64,000 bases of DNA from an uncultured Nitrososphaeraceae archaeon. Lineage in GTDB: Archaea > Thermoproteota > Nitrososphaeria > Nitrososphaerales > Nitrososphaeraceae. Positions 22,144 to 31,539 of this stretch are shown piece after piece. The DNA is taken from positions 736,001 to 800,000 of the forward strand of contig CAVZZA010000005.1 in assembly GCA_963779615.1 (NCBI GenBank). Reading direction: 5' to 3'. The notes below the pieces were generated by a model that did not search any database, was not told the origin of the DNA, and was given only the letters and a program-made list of their open reading frames with translations. The translations under genes and the position numbers were made by a program. The stretch's first letter is position 1, and each line of letters starts with the position of its first letter.

Positions 22144-22809
22144 ATATACAAAACAGGAATACCAAGTTTAGATAATGTACTTTGCAAAGAAGTAAAATTT
22201 GGAAGCCTTATAGAAATAACAGGTAAAAAAGGCACGGGTAAGACCCAAATTAATTTTTTTATATGCGCAATCAACAGCATGAATAATAAAAAAATAATAT
22301 ATGCCGATGGTTCAGGAGACTTCAGGCCAGAAAGAATAAAATCAATGATGGATAAAATCCTAACCAGCAGCAGGGATCAAAGCAATCAATATTTAAAAAA
22401 TATCGTTTTCCAAAGAATTTATGAATTAGATGACCTATTTAAATTAATAAAAAAAATAAAATTACTAAGCTTTGACATACTGATTCTTGATGACATAATC
22501 CCCATGTTTTTATACAAATTCAAAGAAAAAACTCGTTTAGAAGTAAGACGTTTTATAAGGGAACTTTCATTGATAACATTGTCTAAAAAAATATGTATTA
22601 TATTTACCAACATAATTGTCGAAAAGTTCAATAAAGAGGGAAAAAATATACAGCCACGTGAACTATTCTATCATGATATAATAAGGTATGTCCAGCATAA
22701 GTTCGTGCTACAGACCAGCCCTAACAATGAAAAAATTAGTGAATTTAAGCTGATTCATCCTTATGCCACCCATCATACTAAAATTGATATAGATTTTAGC
22801 AATTTATAG
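22144..22809 (+). CDS. RadA/RecA-family paralogue with probable ATA start
   Basis: In frame upstream of track ATG 22279: IYKTGIPSLD..LIEITGKKGTGKTQ (Walker A); downstream FRPERI and ILILDDI (Walker B); in-frame TAA at 22126. Confidence 0.85.
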   Translation: MYKTGIPSLDNVLCKEVKFGSLIEITGKKGTGKTQINFFICAINSMNNKKIIYADGSGDFRPERIKSMMDKILTSSRDQSNQYLKNIVFQRIYELDDLFKLIKKIKLLSFDILILDDIIPMFLYKFKEKTRLEVRRFIRELSLITLSKKICIIFTNIIVEKFNKEGKNIQPRELFYHDIIRYVQHKFVLQTSPNNEKISEFKLIHPYATHHTKIDIDFSNL

Positions 22810-22913
22810 TTAGAAAAGTATTCTAGTAAAATCAAATAGATTTTACATACTGATTAATCATAAGAAATTGTTATGTATCATTTATCCAAAACTATACAAT
22901 AGTATTAAAGAAT

Positions 22914-23909
22914 ATGTACCATGATAACCATCGAAGTAAATACAATAAAGTAGTCGTTATCGGACTGGGTCAACTAGGCCTTCCTGTCGCAAAATACGTA
23001 AAAGAAAAGGGTTTTGACGCTTATGGATATGACATAAGTGAAAAGGCCATGACAACCGCCGAATCAAATTTTGGTATCAAAAAAGCCAGCACCTTCAATG
23101 ATTTTGACGTGTTGATCATATGCGTGTCAACACATGTGCCGGATGACATGTTCTCCCCACAGGTGAATGGGCTCATGTCAGTCGTTGAAAAAATATCAAG
23201 GGAAGCCAAATCAGGGGCACTAATATCAATAGAAAGCACCATACCAAAGGGAACGTCCCAAAAGGTGTTTGAGAAACTGGACCACAGGCTTCACGTTGTA
23301 CACGCTCCACACAGGTGGTATGCACTTGAGGAGCAGGAGCACGGGGTCAACCAACTGCGCATTTTGGGCGGCGTAAGCAAATGCTGCCTGCAGGAGGGCC
23401 TAAGGTTTTATGACGGAAAAATCAGCGGGGACAATGATACCGCCGCCTCATCCTCCATCCCAACCACAACAAACATCCAAGCACAAGCGCTGTCAATACC
23501 GATGCACCCCGTCTCCTCGATAGAGGTGGCAGAGCTTACCAAAATCATTGAAAATTCCCACAGGTACCTTCAAATCGCATTTGCAGAAGAGCTGTACCTT
23601 TACTGCAAGTCAACCAACATCAGCTTTGCGGAGCTGCGCGATTCGCTCAACACAAAGTGGAATGTGAATGTCCTGGAGCCAAGAGACGGCATAGGGGGAC
23701 ACTGCCTTCCAAAAGACACAAAGATGTTCATCAACTCATCCAATGCCATAAAAAGCAAAATACTGCAGGCGGCAACAGAGATAGATGAGGACTATAGGGA
23801 GTACATTCAAAGCAGAGACAAAGAGAACAACATAGCTTCAATAATAAACAAAGGGAGCAATCAAAAATCTCCAAACCCTTTACTAATTAAAGAAAAAGTT
23901 AACAAGTGA
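22914..23909 (+). CDS. UDP-glucose/GDP-mannose dehydrogenase family protein lacking the C-terminal domain
   Basis: VIGLGQLG Rossmann, IESTIPKGT, AELTKIIEN, GIGGHCLPKD catalytic Cys. Confidence 0.88.
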   Translation: MYHDNHRSKYNKVVVIGLGQLGLPVAKYVKEKGFDAYGYDISEKAMTTAESNFGIKKASTFNDFDVLIICVSTHVPDDMFSPQVNGLMSVVEKISREAKSGALISIESTIPKGTSQKVFEKLDHRLHVVHAPHRWYALEEQEHGVNQLRILGGVSKCCLQEGLRFYDGKISGDNDTAASSSIPTTTNIQAQALSIPMHPVSSIEVAELTKIIENSHRYLQIAFAEELYLYCKSTNISFAELRDSLNTKWNVNVLEPRDGIGGHCLPKDTKMFINSSNAIKSKILQAATEIDEDYREYIQSRDKENNIASIINKGSNQKSPNPLLIKEKVNK

Positions 23910-24387
23910 GTCGATAGACGGTTTCAGAAATTTTACCGACATCAAAACAATTTCTCATATCAACCACAGTTAACTGCGCCCTAAATTTCATAATGTTTTC
24001 GACAGAGGAACGAATAAAAGGATTGGGGGAAATTGATCCCACTATTTTTCCACAAGAATCAGCCCCATTTTTTATTAGATTAATCAATGCATCACCAGGA
24101 TAATGGCCGGGCGTGTCTTTACCACACAATATAATGTATTTTAATTCAGTTTTGTTAATACAATAATCAATCATTTGATCTATGCCCTTATTCTCAGAAT
24201 ACAGACGCCCTGCAATCGCCAAGTGTTTCATTAAACACCCATCAGATATTTTGATTAAAAGGTCTATACTCGATAGGGTACAGATAGAAACATTGGTTCC
24301 ATGACCTTTGAATATGTCAACTCGAATAGGAAACAATATTCTACATGCTTCACCTGCAAAATCATCCAATTTGTTTTTAATAGTCAT
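23899..24387 (-). CDS. Soluble MtrA-like corrinoid-binding protein
   Basis: ICTLSS, AIAGRLYSENKGID, IILCGKDTPGHYPGDAL, NGADSCGKIVGS..PFI resemble the MtrA core including the cobalt-ligand His; no membrane anchor. Confidence 0.85.
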   Translation of the reverse strand: MTIKNKLDDFAGEACRILFPIRVDIFKGHGTNVSICTLSSIDLLIKISDGCLMKHLAIAGRLYSENKGIDQMIDYCINKTELKYIILCGKDTPGHYPGDALINLIKNGADSCGKIVGSISPNPFIRSSVENIMKFRAQLTVVDMRNCFDVGKISETVYRLTC

Positions 24388-24793
24388 GTCTTATTTAATC
24401 CCCAGCTTACCTTAGAATTTGGTTGTATTTTTAAAAAGGGTGACTCACATTCTGCCCAAGGATCATTTCGTACCCAATCAAATTTGTTGAAAAAAATTGC
24501 ATATATTTTTTTGAATAATTCCCCCCTTTCAATCAGCTGCGCACTACCACAAACAACTATACCTTTATGATTTTGAGGATGATAAATATCCACAACCAAA
24601 CTAACAAAATTGTTGTTTTTAACATTTCTTAGTTTTTTTTTGTTCCATAGTCTGCAGAGATATAAAAAGACCCATCGGCAAAAACATAACAAACAGGAAC
24701 AACATGAGGTTTATTTCTGAAAGATGTAGCTAGTCTACAACACTCATTATCACCTAGAAACAGTAATTCCTCAGCGGATAAATCAAAAACCAT
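24384..24793 (-). CDS. Pyridoxamine 5'-phosphate oxidase-like (PPOX, probably F420-binding) protein split by an A9 frameshift
   Basis: Frame 0 from ATG 24793: MVFDLSAEELLFLGDNECCRLATSFRNKPHVVPVCY..DYGTKKN*; -1 frame continues KLRNVKNNNFVSLVVD..GIVVCGSA..VSWG*. Confidence 0.85.
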
Positions 24794-24898
24794 TGTCTTT
24801 TAACCCCCTGTAGATATAAATAGTTATTTGGTTTTAAAAGATATAAAATACCAAGTTTTTTAAAAAGCAATCTAAAATAAATAAGTGTTTATAATAAA

Positions 24899-25432
24899 AT
24901 GACAGACAAAGGTCTAATAATTATCTATTATGGAAACGGAAAAGGTAAAACAACAGCAGCTTTGGGTGTTGCACTGAGAGCAATAGGATATAATCATAAT
25001 GTATGTATGATCCAATTTATCAAAGGAGAATGGGATTACGGAGAATTATATAGTTCAAACAAACTTAAACCTAATTTTGAGCTAATAGTCACAGGCAAAG
25101 GATTTGTAGGCATAATAGATGACGACCATGCTATTGATGAACACATACAATCATCAAAAAATGCATTAAAAATAGCAAAAGAAAAGATAAATTCTGGTAA
25201 ATACAATACAGTCATTTTAGACGAGATAAACTATGCAATAAAATTGAATCTTATTACAGAAAATGACGTTATTAGTTTGTTAGAATCCAAACCAATAGAA
25301 TTAAACATCATCATGACAGGAAATCACTTGACCGATAAAATACTGCAATTAGCTGACCTTGTAACAGAAATGAAGGAAGTGAAGCACCCGTATAAAAAAG
25401 GCATTAAAGCTAAAAAAGGAATAGATTTTTAA
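24899..25432 (+). CDS. btuR: Cob(I)alamin adenosyltransferase, CobA/BtuR type
   Basis: YYGNGKGKTTAA, QFIKG, ILDEI, ADLVTEM..KHPY..G..AKKGIDF. Confidence 0.95.
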   Translation: MTDKGLIIIYYGNGKGKTTAALGVALRAIGYNHNVCMIQFIKGEWDYGELYSSNKLKPNFELIVTGKGFVGIIDDDHAIDEHIQSSKNALKIAKEKINSGKYNTVILDEINYAIKLNLITENDVISLLESKPIELNIIMTGNHLTDKILQLADLVTEMKEVKHPYKKGIKAKKGIDF

Positions 25433-25478
25433 ACAACAAAAGCAAAATTAATTAATCTAACAAAATGGTTTAACTATA

Positions 25479-26288
25479 TTGAGTATTGCTGAAACAAAAA
25501 AACTCCCAGAGTTAGGCGAGATAGTAATAGTTACAGTCAAAGAGGTTACGGGGCATGGTGCATATGTAACCCTTGATGAATATGATAATCTTACGGCTTT
25601 TCTTCATATATCAGAGATAGCTACCGGATGGATAAGAAATATTGAAAGATATGTAAAAATGAAACAAAAGACAGTCCTCAAAGTAATAAGGGTAAATCAA
25701 GCAAGGTCTGAGGTAGATTTATCTTTAAAGCAGGTGACTGGAGAGGAAAAAAAATCAAAAGTAATTGAGGTAAAAAAAGATGAAAAAGGATCGGCATTTA
25801 TGGACATAATTAAAACAAAGTTAGGCTATGACCAAAAAACCATTCAAGAACTAGAAGATAAATTAAATCAAAAATATGATTTTATTTACGACGCTTTTGA
25901 AGCGGTAGCAATCAAAGGCGTTGACATATTGAGTGGCCTAGAGTTAAAACCAGAAGTAATTGAAGCAATAGAACACGAAAGTAAAAAAATTCAAATCCCC
26001 TACATTGAAGTAAGAGCAGTGCTCGAAATTGTTGTTAAAAAAGGTAATGGTATCGACATTATAAAGAACATTTTAGTATCAGTAGAGGGATCAAAAAATA
26101 ACGCCAAAATCGACATAACATATGTTGGAGCTCCAAAATATAGAATAACAGTCACTGCAGAGAATTTCAAAATTGCAGAAAAAGTTTTAAATCAAGCAAT
26201 AGAAAAAATTAAGAACAACATAGAAAAAAACGGAGGCACGTTTAAATTTTCCAGAGAGGAATCTAAAAAAACTCATCATAACATATAA
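25479..26288 (+). CDS. eif2a: Translation initiation factor 2 alpha subunit
   Basis: S1 domain LPELGE..GAYVTLDEY..HISE..VDLSLK; YVGAPKY; followed by nop10. Confidence 0.96.
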   Translation: MSIAETKKLPELGEIVIVTVKEVTGHGAYVTLDEYDNLTAFLHISEIATGWIRNIERYVKMKQKTVLKVIRVNQARSEVDLSLKQVTGEEKKSKVIEVKKDEKGSAFMDIIKTKLGYDQKTIQELEDKLNQKYDFIYDAFEAVAIKGVDILSGLELKPEVIEAIEHESKKIQIPYIEVRAVLEIVVKKGNGIDIIKNILVSVEGSKNNAKIDITYVGAPKYRITVTAENFKIAEKVLNQAIEKIKNNIEKNGGTFKFSREESKKTHHNI

Positions 26289-26302
26289 AAAACAATAAAG
26301 AA

Positions 26303-26494
26303 ATGAAACATAGAATTAAAAAATGCAAAATCTGTCAAAAATACACATTGAAAGAATCTTGTCCATTCTGCAAAACAGAGACAAATGATCCCCACCCGCC
26401 TAAATTTTCACTGGAGGACAAATACATAAGATATAGAGTCATTGATGCGCACACAACTAACAAAACAAACTCAAGAGACGAAAAAAACTTGTAA
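26303..26494 (+). CDS. nop10: H/ACA RNP protein Nop10
   Basis: KCKIC.KYTL..CPFC..HPPKFS.EDKY..YR; conserved position after aIF2-alpha. Confidence 0.95.
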   Translation: MKHRIKKCKICQKYTLKESCPFCKTETNDPHPPKFSLEDKYIRYRVIDAHTTNKTNSRDEKNL

Positions 26495-26585
26495 AAAATG
26501 CATTACATAATTCAATGGGTATTAAAAGGTCATTGAAAAAATCCACTTAAAAATTAACATCATGATAAAGATTCACTAATTTTTG

Positions 26586-27509
26586 TTATTGCAATCCTTG
26601 AGTATTGGTGTTTTTTGTCAGATTGACAAAAGGAATCAGCTCTTTGGCGGTATCATTTACCGGTTTGAAACCGTCGTTGGTGTCACCGGTATTGGCGTTG
26701 TTGTTCTCGGTGCTGTTTTTGGAAATGTTTTGGAGGGCTGTAGCATTTGACGGAGTGGCGTTGAATACTTGTTTGATCGGTATAGTAGTAGCATTGGTGT
26801 TTTTTGTCAGATTGACAACAAAAGGAATCAGCTCTTTGGCGGTATCATTTACCGGTTTGAAACCGTCGTTGGTGTTGTCCCGGGTCATATTTTGGAGGGC
26901 TGTAGCATTTGACGGAGTGGCGTTGATGGTTCTGGCCATTGCGATGTCAGTAGCATTGGTGTTTTTTGTCAGATTGACAACAAAAGGAATCAGCTCTTTG
27001 GCGGTATCATTTACCAGTTTGAAACCGTCGTTGGTGTCACCGGTATTGGTGTTGTTGTTCTCGGTGCTGTTTTTGGAAATGTTTTGGAGGGCTGTAGCAT
27101 TTGACGGAGTAGCAAAAGGAATCAGCTCTTTGGCGGTATCATTTACCGGTTTGAAACCGTCGTTGGTGTCACCGGTATTGGTGTTGTTGTTCTCGGTGCT
27201 GTTTTTGGAAATGTTTTGGAGGGCTGTAGCATTTGACGGAGTGGCGTTGATTACTTGTTTGATCGGTATAGTAGTAGCATTGGTGTTTTCCATTTCTTTT
27301 ATCATTAGAGGTATCAATGAAAGCCCGACGGCATTATTGATACCAAGAAACGGTCTATCACTTTCGGTCGAATTAATGTCTTGCCCATATGAAAAAAAGA
27401 AGCTATTTACAGAAGAAAATGTAGGAGAAGCCAGTGAAATAGAAACGATCCACATTAACGACAAAGATAAGATAAAAAATAATTTTTTAATGTTTTTGCC
27501 ACGCATCAA
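26586..27509 (-). CDS. Secreted Asn/Thr-rich modular repeat protein
   Basis: Signal peptide (KNIKK plus hydrophobic stretch); four copies of ATPSNATALQN..TNDGFK(P/L)VNDTAKELIPF; dense N-x-S/T sequons. Confidence 0.85.
   Translation of the reverse strand: MMRGKNIKKLFFILSLSLMWIVSISLASPTFSSVNSFFFSYGQDINSTESDRPFLGINNAVGLSLIPLMIKEMENTNATTIPIKQVINATPSNATALQNISKNSTENNNTNTGDTNDGFKPVNDTAKELIPFATPSNATALQNISKNSTENNNTNTGDTNDGFKLVNDTAKELIPFVVNLTKNTNATDIAMARTINATPSNATALQNMTRDNTNDGFKPVNDTAKELIPFVVNLTKNTNATTIPIKQVFNATPSNATALQNISKNSTENNNANTGDTNDGFKPVNDTAKELIPFVNLTKNTNTQGLQ
26600..27290. repeat. Near-identical intragenic repeat array, 4 units of about 130-190 bp
   Basis: AAAGGAATCAGCTCTTTGGCGGTATCATTTACC four times; TTTTGGAGGGCTGTAGCATTTGACGGAGT four times. 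Confidence 0.95.
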
Positions 27510-27632
27510 ACTATAAGTTGTTTTATAAGATAAATATATTACTATATATATTGTCTAGGGTAATTTAATTTTTTAAATTAATAAAATGAGTAATTTAAGG
27601 TTCTTTTCTTAGTTCAAGAAAAAAAATAGGTT

Positions 27633-28562
27633 TTATTTGCCTATACACAAGCCGCCTGGCACTGACATGTTACAATTGTTGTCTGTGAATACGTTGTGGT
27701 TTATATTGGTTGGTAGGCCGTTGCCGTTGTTCAAATCTACTCCTGTGTTTTGTACTACTGTGTTTGTGTTTACATTGTTTAGTGTGCTTTGACCATCTAC
27801 AAACACACCATTAACTGATCCTTTGATTATGTTAGTCGATACTTCATTTCCCTGGGAGTTCACAAGGGTTACACCAGCCAATGCATTTGATAGGAGAAGG
27901 TTTGTTTTCATTACAGTACCCGAGGAGGAGTGTGATGCAAAGCCTATCTTGTTTGAATCCATCATATTTTCTTGGATGCTGGTAGTTTTTGCGCCTGTGT
28001 TGAATATTGCAATCTCATTTTCAGTGAAGGTCACTCTATTTACTGAGTTACTGTCACCACCGGTATTCAAAATACCTGCCTGGAAGTTTGTAATAGTGCC
28101 TGGGCCAATAACTTGAACACCATTGTTGTTTGCGAGCATTACACCTATTTTAGAACTTGCTGGACCGGGTCCTGCAATTGTATACCCATTCAAATCAATT
28201 GTGATGCCATTACCGCCTACAATTATACCATCAGTTTTACAATCAAGGTTTGCTGACAGCTTTACGCTTTTTGTAATTACTTCACCACAGGATAAACTTG
28301 TGCTTACTGGCTCTGTAGCGAGTAATGAGGTGGGCTGGGTGGTGGTGGCATCACTTGATTTGGAGGTAGTATCGGCTGATTTGATTGGTTGGTCATTATC
28401 AGCTGATTTGATTGGTTCGTTAGAATCACTATTATTAGAAGTAGGACTGTTTAAGAAACTTTCCATGCTGCTTTGGGCTGATGCCAAAGTTGGTTGGGTT
28501 AACAAAGCACCAACAGATGCAAATGCCATTATTGCGGCCATGAGGTATATTTTGCTATACAT
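27633..28562 (-). CDS. Secreted right-handed parallel beta-helix protein (NosD/pectin-lyase-like fold)
   Basis: Signal peptide, Ser/Thr linker with duplicated PIKSAD, LSCG..L.ANLDC, ITIDLNGYTI, repeated N..GI units. Confidence 0.85.
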   Translation of the reverse strand: MYSKIYLMAAIMAFASVGALLTQPTLASAQSSMESFLNSPTSNNSDSNEPIKSADNDQPIKSADTTSKSSDATTTQPTSLLATEPVSTSLSCGEVITKSVKLSANLDCKTDGIIVGGNGITIDLNGYTIAGPGPASSKIGVMLANNNGVQVIGPGTITNFQAGILNTGGDSNSVNRVTFTENEIAIFNTGAKTTSIQENMMDSNKIGFASHSSSGTVMKTNLLLSNALAGVTLVNSQGNEVSTNIIKGSVNGVFVDGQSTLNNVNTNTVVQNTGVDLNNGNGLPTNINHNVFTDNNCNMSVPGGLCIGK

Positions 28563-28949
28563 TCAAACAAACAAATCATTGTATAATATATATGGGAAAC
28601 TGTTATTTGTACCTAATTCTACATTACTTTCTATCAAACATAATTTATTAATGACTAGATTATTTAGAACTTTTTTATTATAAATTCTTATTATATTGAC
28701 AATTTACGCTCGTAAAATCAACATATAACTAAACAAGCTTTTTACCTCTGCAAAACCCTTTTTCTCTGGATATGTGACATATTTTCAAAAAATCTTAAGG
28801 TAGTTGTGCATTGATTCAAATTAATTCGACAGATAGGTTTCAATGCAAAAAAAAACCTTCTGATATGATCAATAATAATTCAGCAAAATCCTGAAGAACC
28901 AAAGCATCAAACAAAAATTAATATTATTATCTCTTCATTGTAACAATGT

Positions 28950-29990
28950 TTGAAATTCGCCATTATAGGAGCAGGAGTTGCTGGAAGTTATCTAGGCAGC
29001 ATGCTTTGCAATAATGGTCATGACATAACGATTTTTGAGGCATATCAAAGAGACAAACACTGGCCAGTATGTGCATGGGGTGCTTCAAGACATATGCTAG
29101 AATACTTTTCACAAAAAGCAGGTTTAGAATTCGACGATTACATATATCATGTTGGAAAAAACCTAAGGATGGAACTGCCCAACGATAAAGAAGAATTTTT
29201 AGAATTAGACGGATTGGTAACATATAATAAAAAGCAATGGGAAAGTGATCTTCTTAAAAATATAAACATTAAATATGGTAATACATGTAAGAAGGAAACG
29301 TTTCCTTCGCATAACTATGATTATGTTTTGGATTGTACCGGTTTTCACAGAGCATTTTTACCAAAAACCAAAGGCGATTTTATTATCCCTGCGTATGAAT
29401 TTTTAGTTGAAAATATACACGAGATTAAAGAATTTTATGTGATTGGCTATAAAGGAGCTAGAGGGTATTTTTGGTTTTTTCCGCTAAATAATGGAATGGG
29501 TTTCGTGGGTGCAGGAGATATAGATAAAAACTATTATGGAATAAAAGAATTTTTCATTCGTTACCCTAACGCAAAAGTAGTAAAAAAAATTGGGAGGCCT
29601 ATTCGTTTGTCACCACCAAATTTAATGGAACCATTTTATAGTAACAATATTATAGGAATTGGAGAATCCATAGGGACAGTATTTCCGATGCTGGGAGAAG
29701 GAATCATCCCATCCCTATTATGCTGCGAAATATTTTTAAAAGTTATTGAAGAAAATAAAGACAACGCTAACAAATTTAGCAAAGAAGAATACAGAAAAAG
29801 GGTTTTGAAAAAATTTCATTATTATCATGATGTTTACAAAATCATACGTTTGAAGATGGATGGCAATTTAAGTACGGTTAAACACTTTAACTTGTTGCTA
29901 AGCATGTACAAAAATATGAAAAAAGAAGAGAAAAGGTTCGGTTTTGAAATTAGTTTTGAAAAAATGAGGAGGCTAGTAAATGCGTTATAA
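28950..29990 (+). CDS. FAD-dependent oxidoreductase, geranylgeranyl reductase family
   Basis: IIGAGVAG, DCTG, GYFWFFP, IGESIGTVFPMLGEGI. Confidence 0.88.
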   Translation: MKFAIIGAGVAGSYLGSMLCNNGHDITIFEAYQRDKHWPVCAWGASRHMLEYFSQKAGLEFDDYIYHVGKNLRMELPNDKEEFLELDGLVTYNKKQWESDLLKNINIKYGNTCKKETFPSHNYDYVLDCTGFHRAFLPKTKGDFIIPAYEFLVENIHEIKEFYVIGYKGARGYFWFFPLNNGMGFVGAGDIDKNYYGIKEFFIRYPNAKVVKKIGRPIRLSPPNLMEPFYSNNIIGIGESIGTVFPMLGEGIIPSLLCCEIFLKVIEENKDNANKFSKEEYRKRVLKKFHYYHDVYKIIRLKMDGNLSTVKHFNLLLSMYKNMKKEEKRFGFEISFEKMRRLVNAL

Positions 29991-30415
29991 TATTCCATAA
30001 TGCAGAACAATGTAAATGAATTACCATTTTTTTGTCAATCAACAAAATTATTATTATGTAGAAGATTTATACATTTATACATCAATTTATTGAACATGAA
30101 TTTTGTAATTTGAGATTGGAATCTAATGAAAAATTTTTGGCAGGATTTCCCTGTTTGTTCCACACCTACCCAAAGTGTCAATGATCACTAAAACCAAAGC
30201 TTTTCCTTTTTTCGAATGGATTTAGGTTTATTTGTCCATAATTAATAACCATGAAATTGATCGTCATATTAGTAACCATAGAAACAAAAATATCATATAC
30301 AGTAAACACCATATTTGAAGTATCGGCATAACAATCACCAGAAATAACAACACGATGCATGGCAAGAGAAAACATGCAAACAGCAAATAACTATATAAAA
30401 AACAATAGCAGCGAT

Positions 30416-31285
30416 TTACTTCCCATTCACAGTCACATTAATAGAGGCAATAGACTCCAACAAAATTCGGGCAGCTAAAGATGCTGTGATATTGTTGACA
30501 TCAAAATCAGGTGAAAACTCCACAATATCAAGCCCTACAATTCCAGCGGAAATTGCTAATTTGGTGAGATAAACAAGATCAATACTGGATAAACCGCAAG
30601 GAGAAGGCACAGAAACACCAGGTGCAAAAGCAGGATCAAGACAATCTAGATCGATAGATATGTAGATTTTACCGTTATTTTTTTTAGATTTAATCACATC
30701 AGCAATTTTCAACAGTCCTCTTTCTCTAACATCAATAGGTGTGATAATTTCCAATCCCACGCCACTAGCATTTATTAGTTCTTCATGTTCAGCAGATCTT
30801 GTTCCAATTAGCATACTTTTTCCAAAATCGATACATCTGGAAGAATCAGTTAATACTGAACCATAATAATCTGTCGCAGAAGAAACAAAGTCTGGGTGAG
30901 CATCAAAATATAGCAAGCCCACCTTGCCAAAGAAATCATTCATTGCCTGTAATGCAATAGTAGTGATTGAGTGGTCACCGCCTAAAAGTATAGGTATTTT
31001 TTTAGCCGAAACTAAATCAAATACCAACTGATAAAGATCCTCTCTTTTAATATCCCCATAGTCCAATACCTTTTTGTCATCAACACTGGCATGCATAGGA
31101 CAGATAGGAATAATTTTCCCATTTCGTATGAAAAAGTTTGATTCATTCGAAGCGATACGAATCATTTCTGGTCCCTTACTAGTACCTTTTCTTAGGGCAT
31201 GGGATTTTGACTCATCAGGTATACCGATTATTACGATGTCAGCTGCAGCGATTTTATCCACATTAGAATTATACAAGTGAACCAT
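30416..31285 (-). CDS. speB: Agmatinase/arginase-family ureohydrolase
   Basis: GGDHS, DAHPD, SIDLDCLDP.FAPG metal-binding motifs; substrate inferred. Confidence 0.85.
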   Translation of the reverse strand: MVHLYNSNVDKIAAADIVIIGIPDESKSHALRKGTSKGPEMIRIASNESNFFIRNGKIIPICPMHASVDDKKVLDYGDIKREDLYQLVFDLVSAKKIPILLGGDHSITTIALQAMNDFFGKVGLLYFDAHPDFVSSATDYYGSVLTDSSRCIDFGKSMLIGTRSAEHEELINASGVGLEIITPIDVRERGLLKIADVIKSKKNNGKIYISIDLDCLDPAFAPGVSVPSPCGLSSIDLVYLTKLAISAGIVGLDIVEFSPDFDVNNITASLAARILLESIASINVTVNGK

Positions 31286-31539
31286 CTATACGCTAAATAG
31301 TAAATTATCAATCAATATAAAATCGCTTTGCACGCAATACAAATCACGGAACATGAAACAATCAATCAAGAAATCATCCTAAACATAAAAAAAACTATTT
31401 GTATTTGACTAGGTGAATTTGAAAATGCGGATATTTGTGTCCCGAAACATATTATACAAAGGCAAATCAGGCCAACATATAGGTTCAAAAAACACAAATT
31501 AATACAATCATTTGAAACCCATACAAGGAAATTAGACAC

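Noticed and set aside
23899-24387. MtrA-like gene as evidence of methanogenesis
   Set aside because: No other mtr or mcr genes in the window, no membrane anchor, and the context is thaumarchaeal
26600-27290. Repeat array as a possible CRISPR
   Set aside because: Intervening segments are themselves repeated, units keep the reading frame, and no cas genes are present
26605-27516. 303-aa hydrophobic ORF antisense to the repeat protein
   Set aside because: Mirror of Asn/Thr codons in a stop-free repeat unit; the minus-strand ORF has the signal peptide
30178-30375. Small intergenic ORFs (also 55637-55983, 58365-58571, 16439-16627)
   Set aside because: No motif, promoter or compositional support
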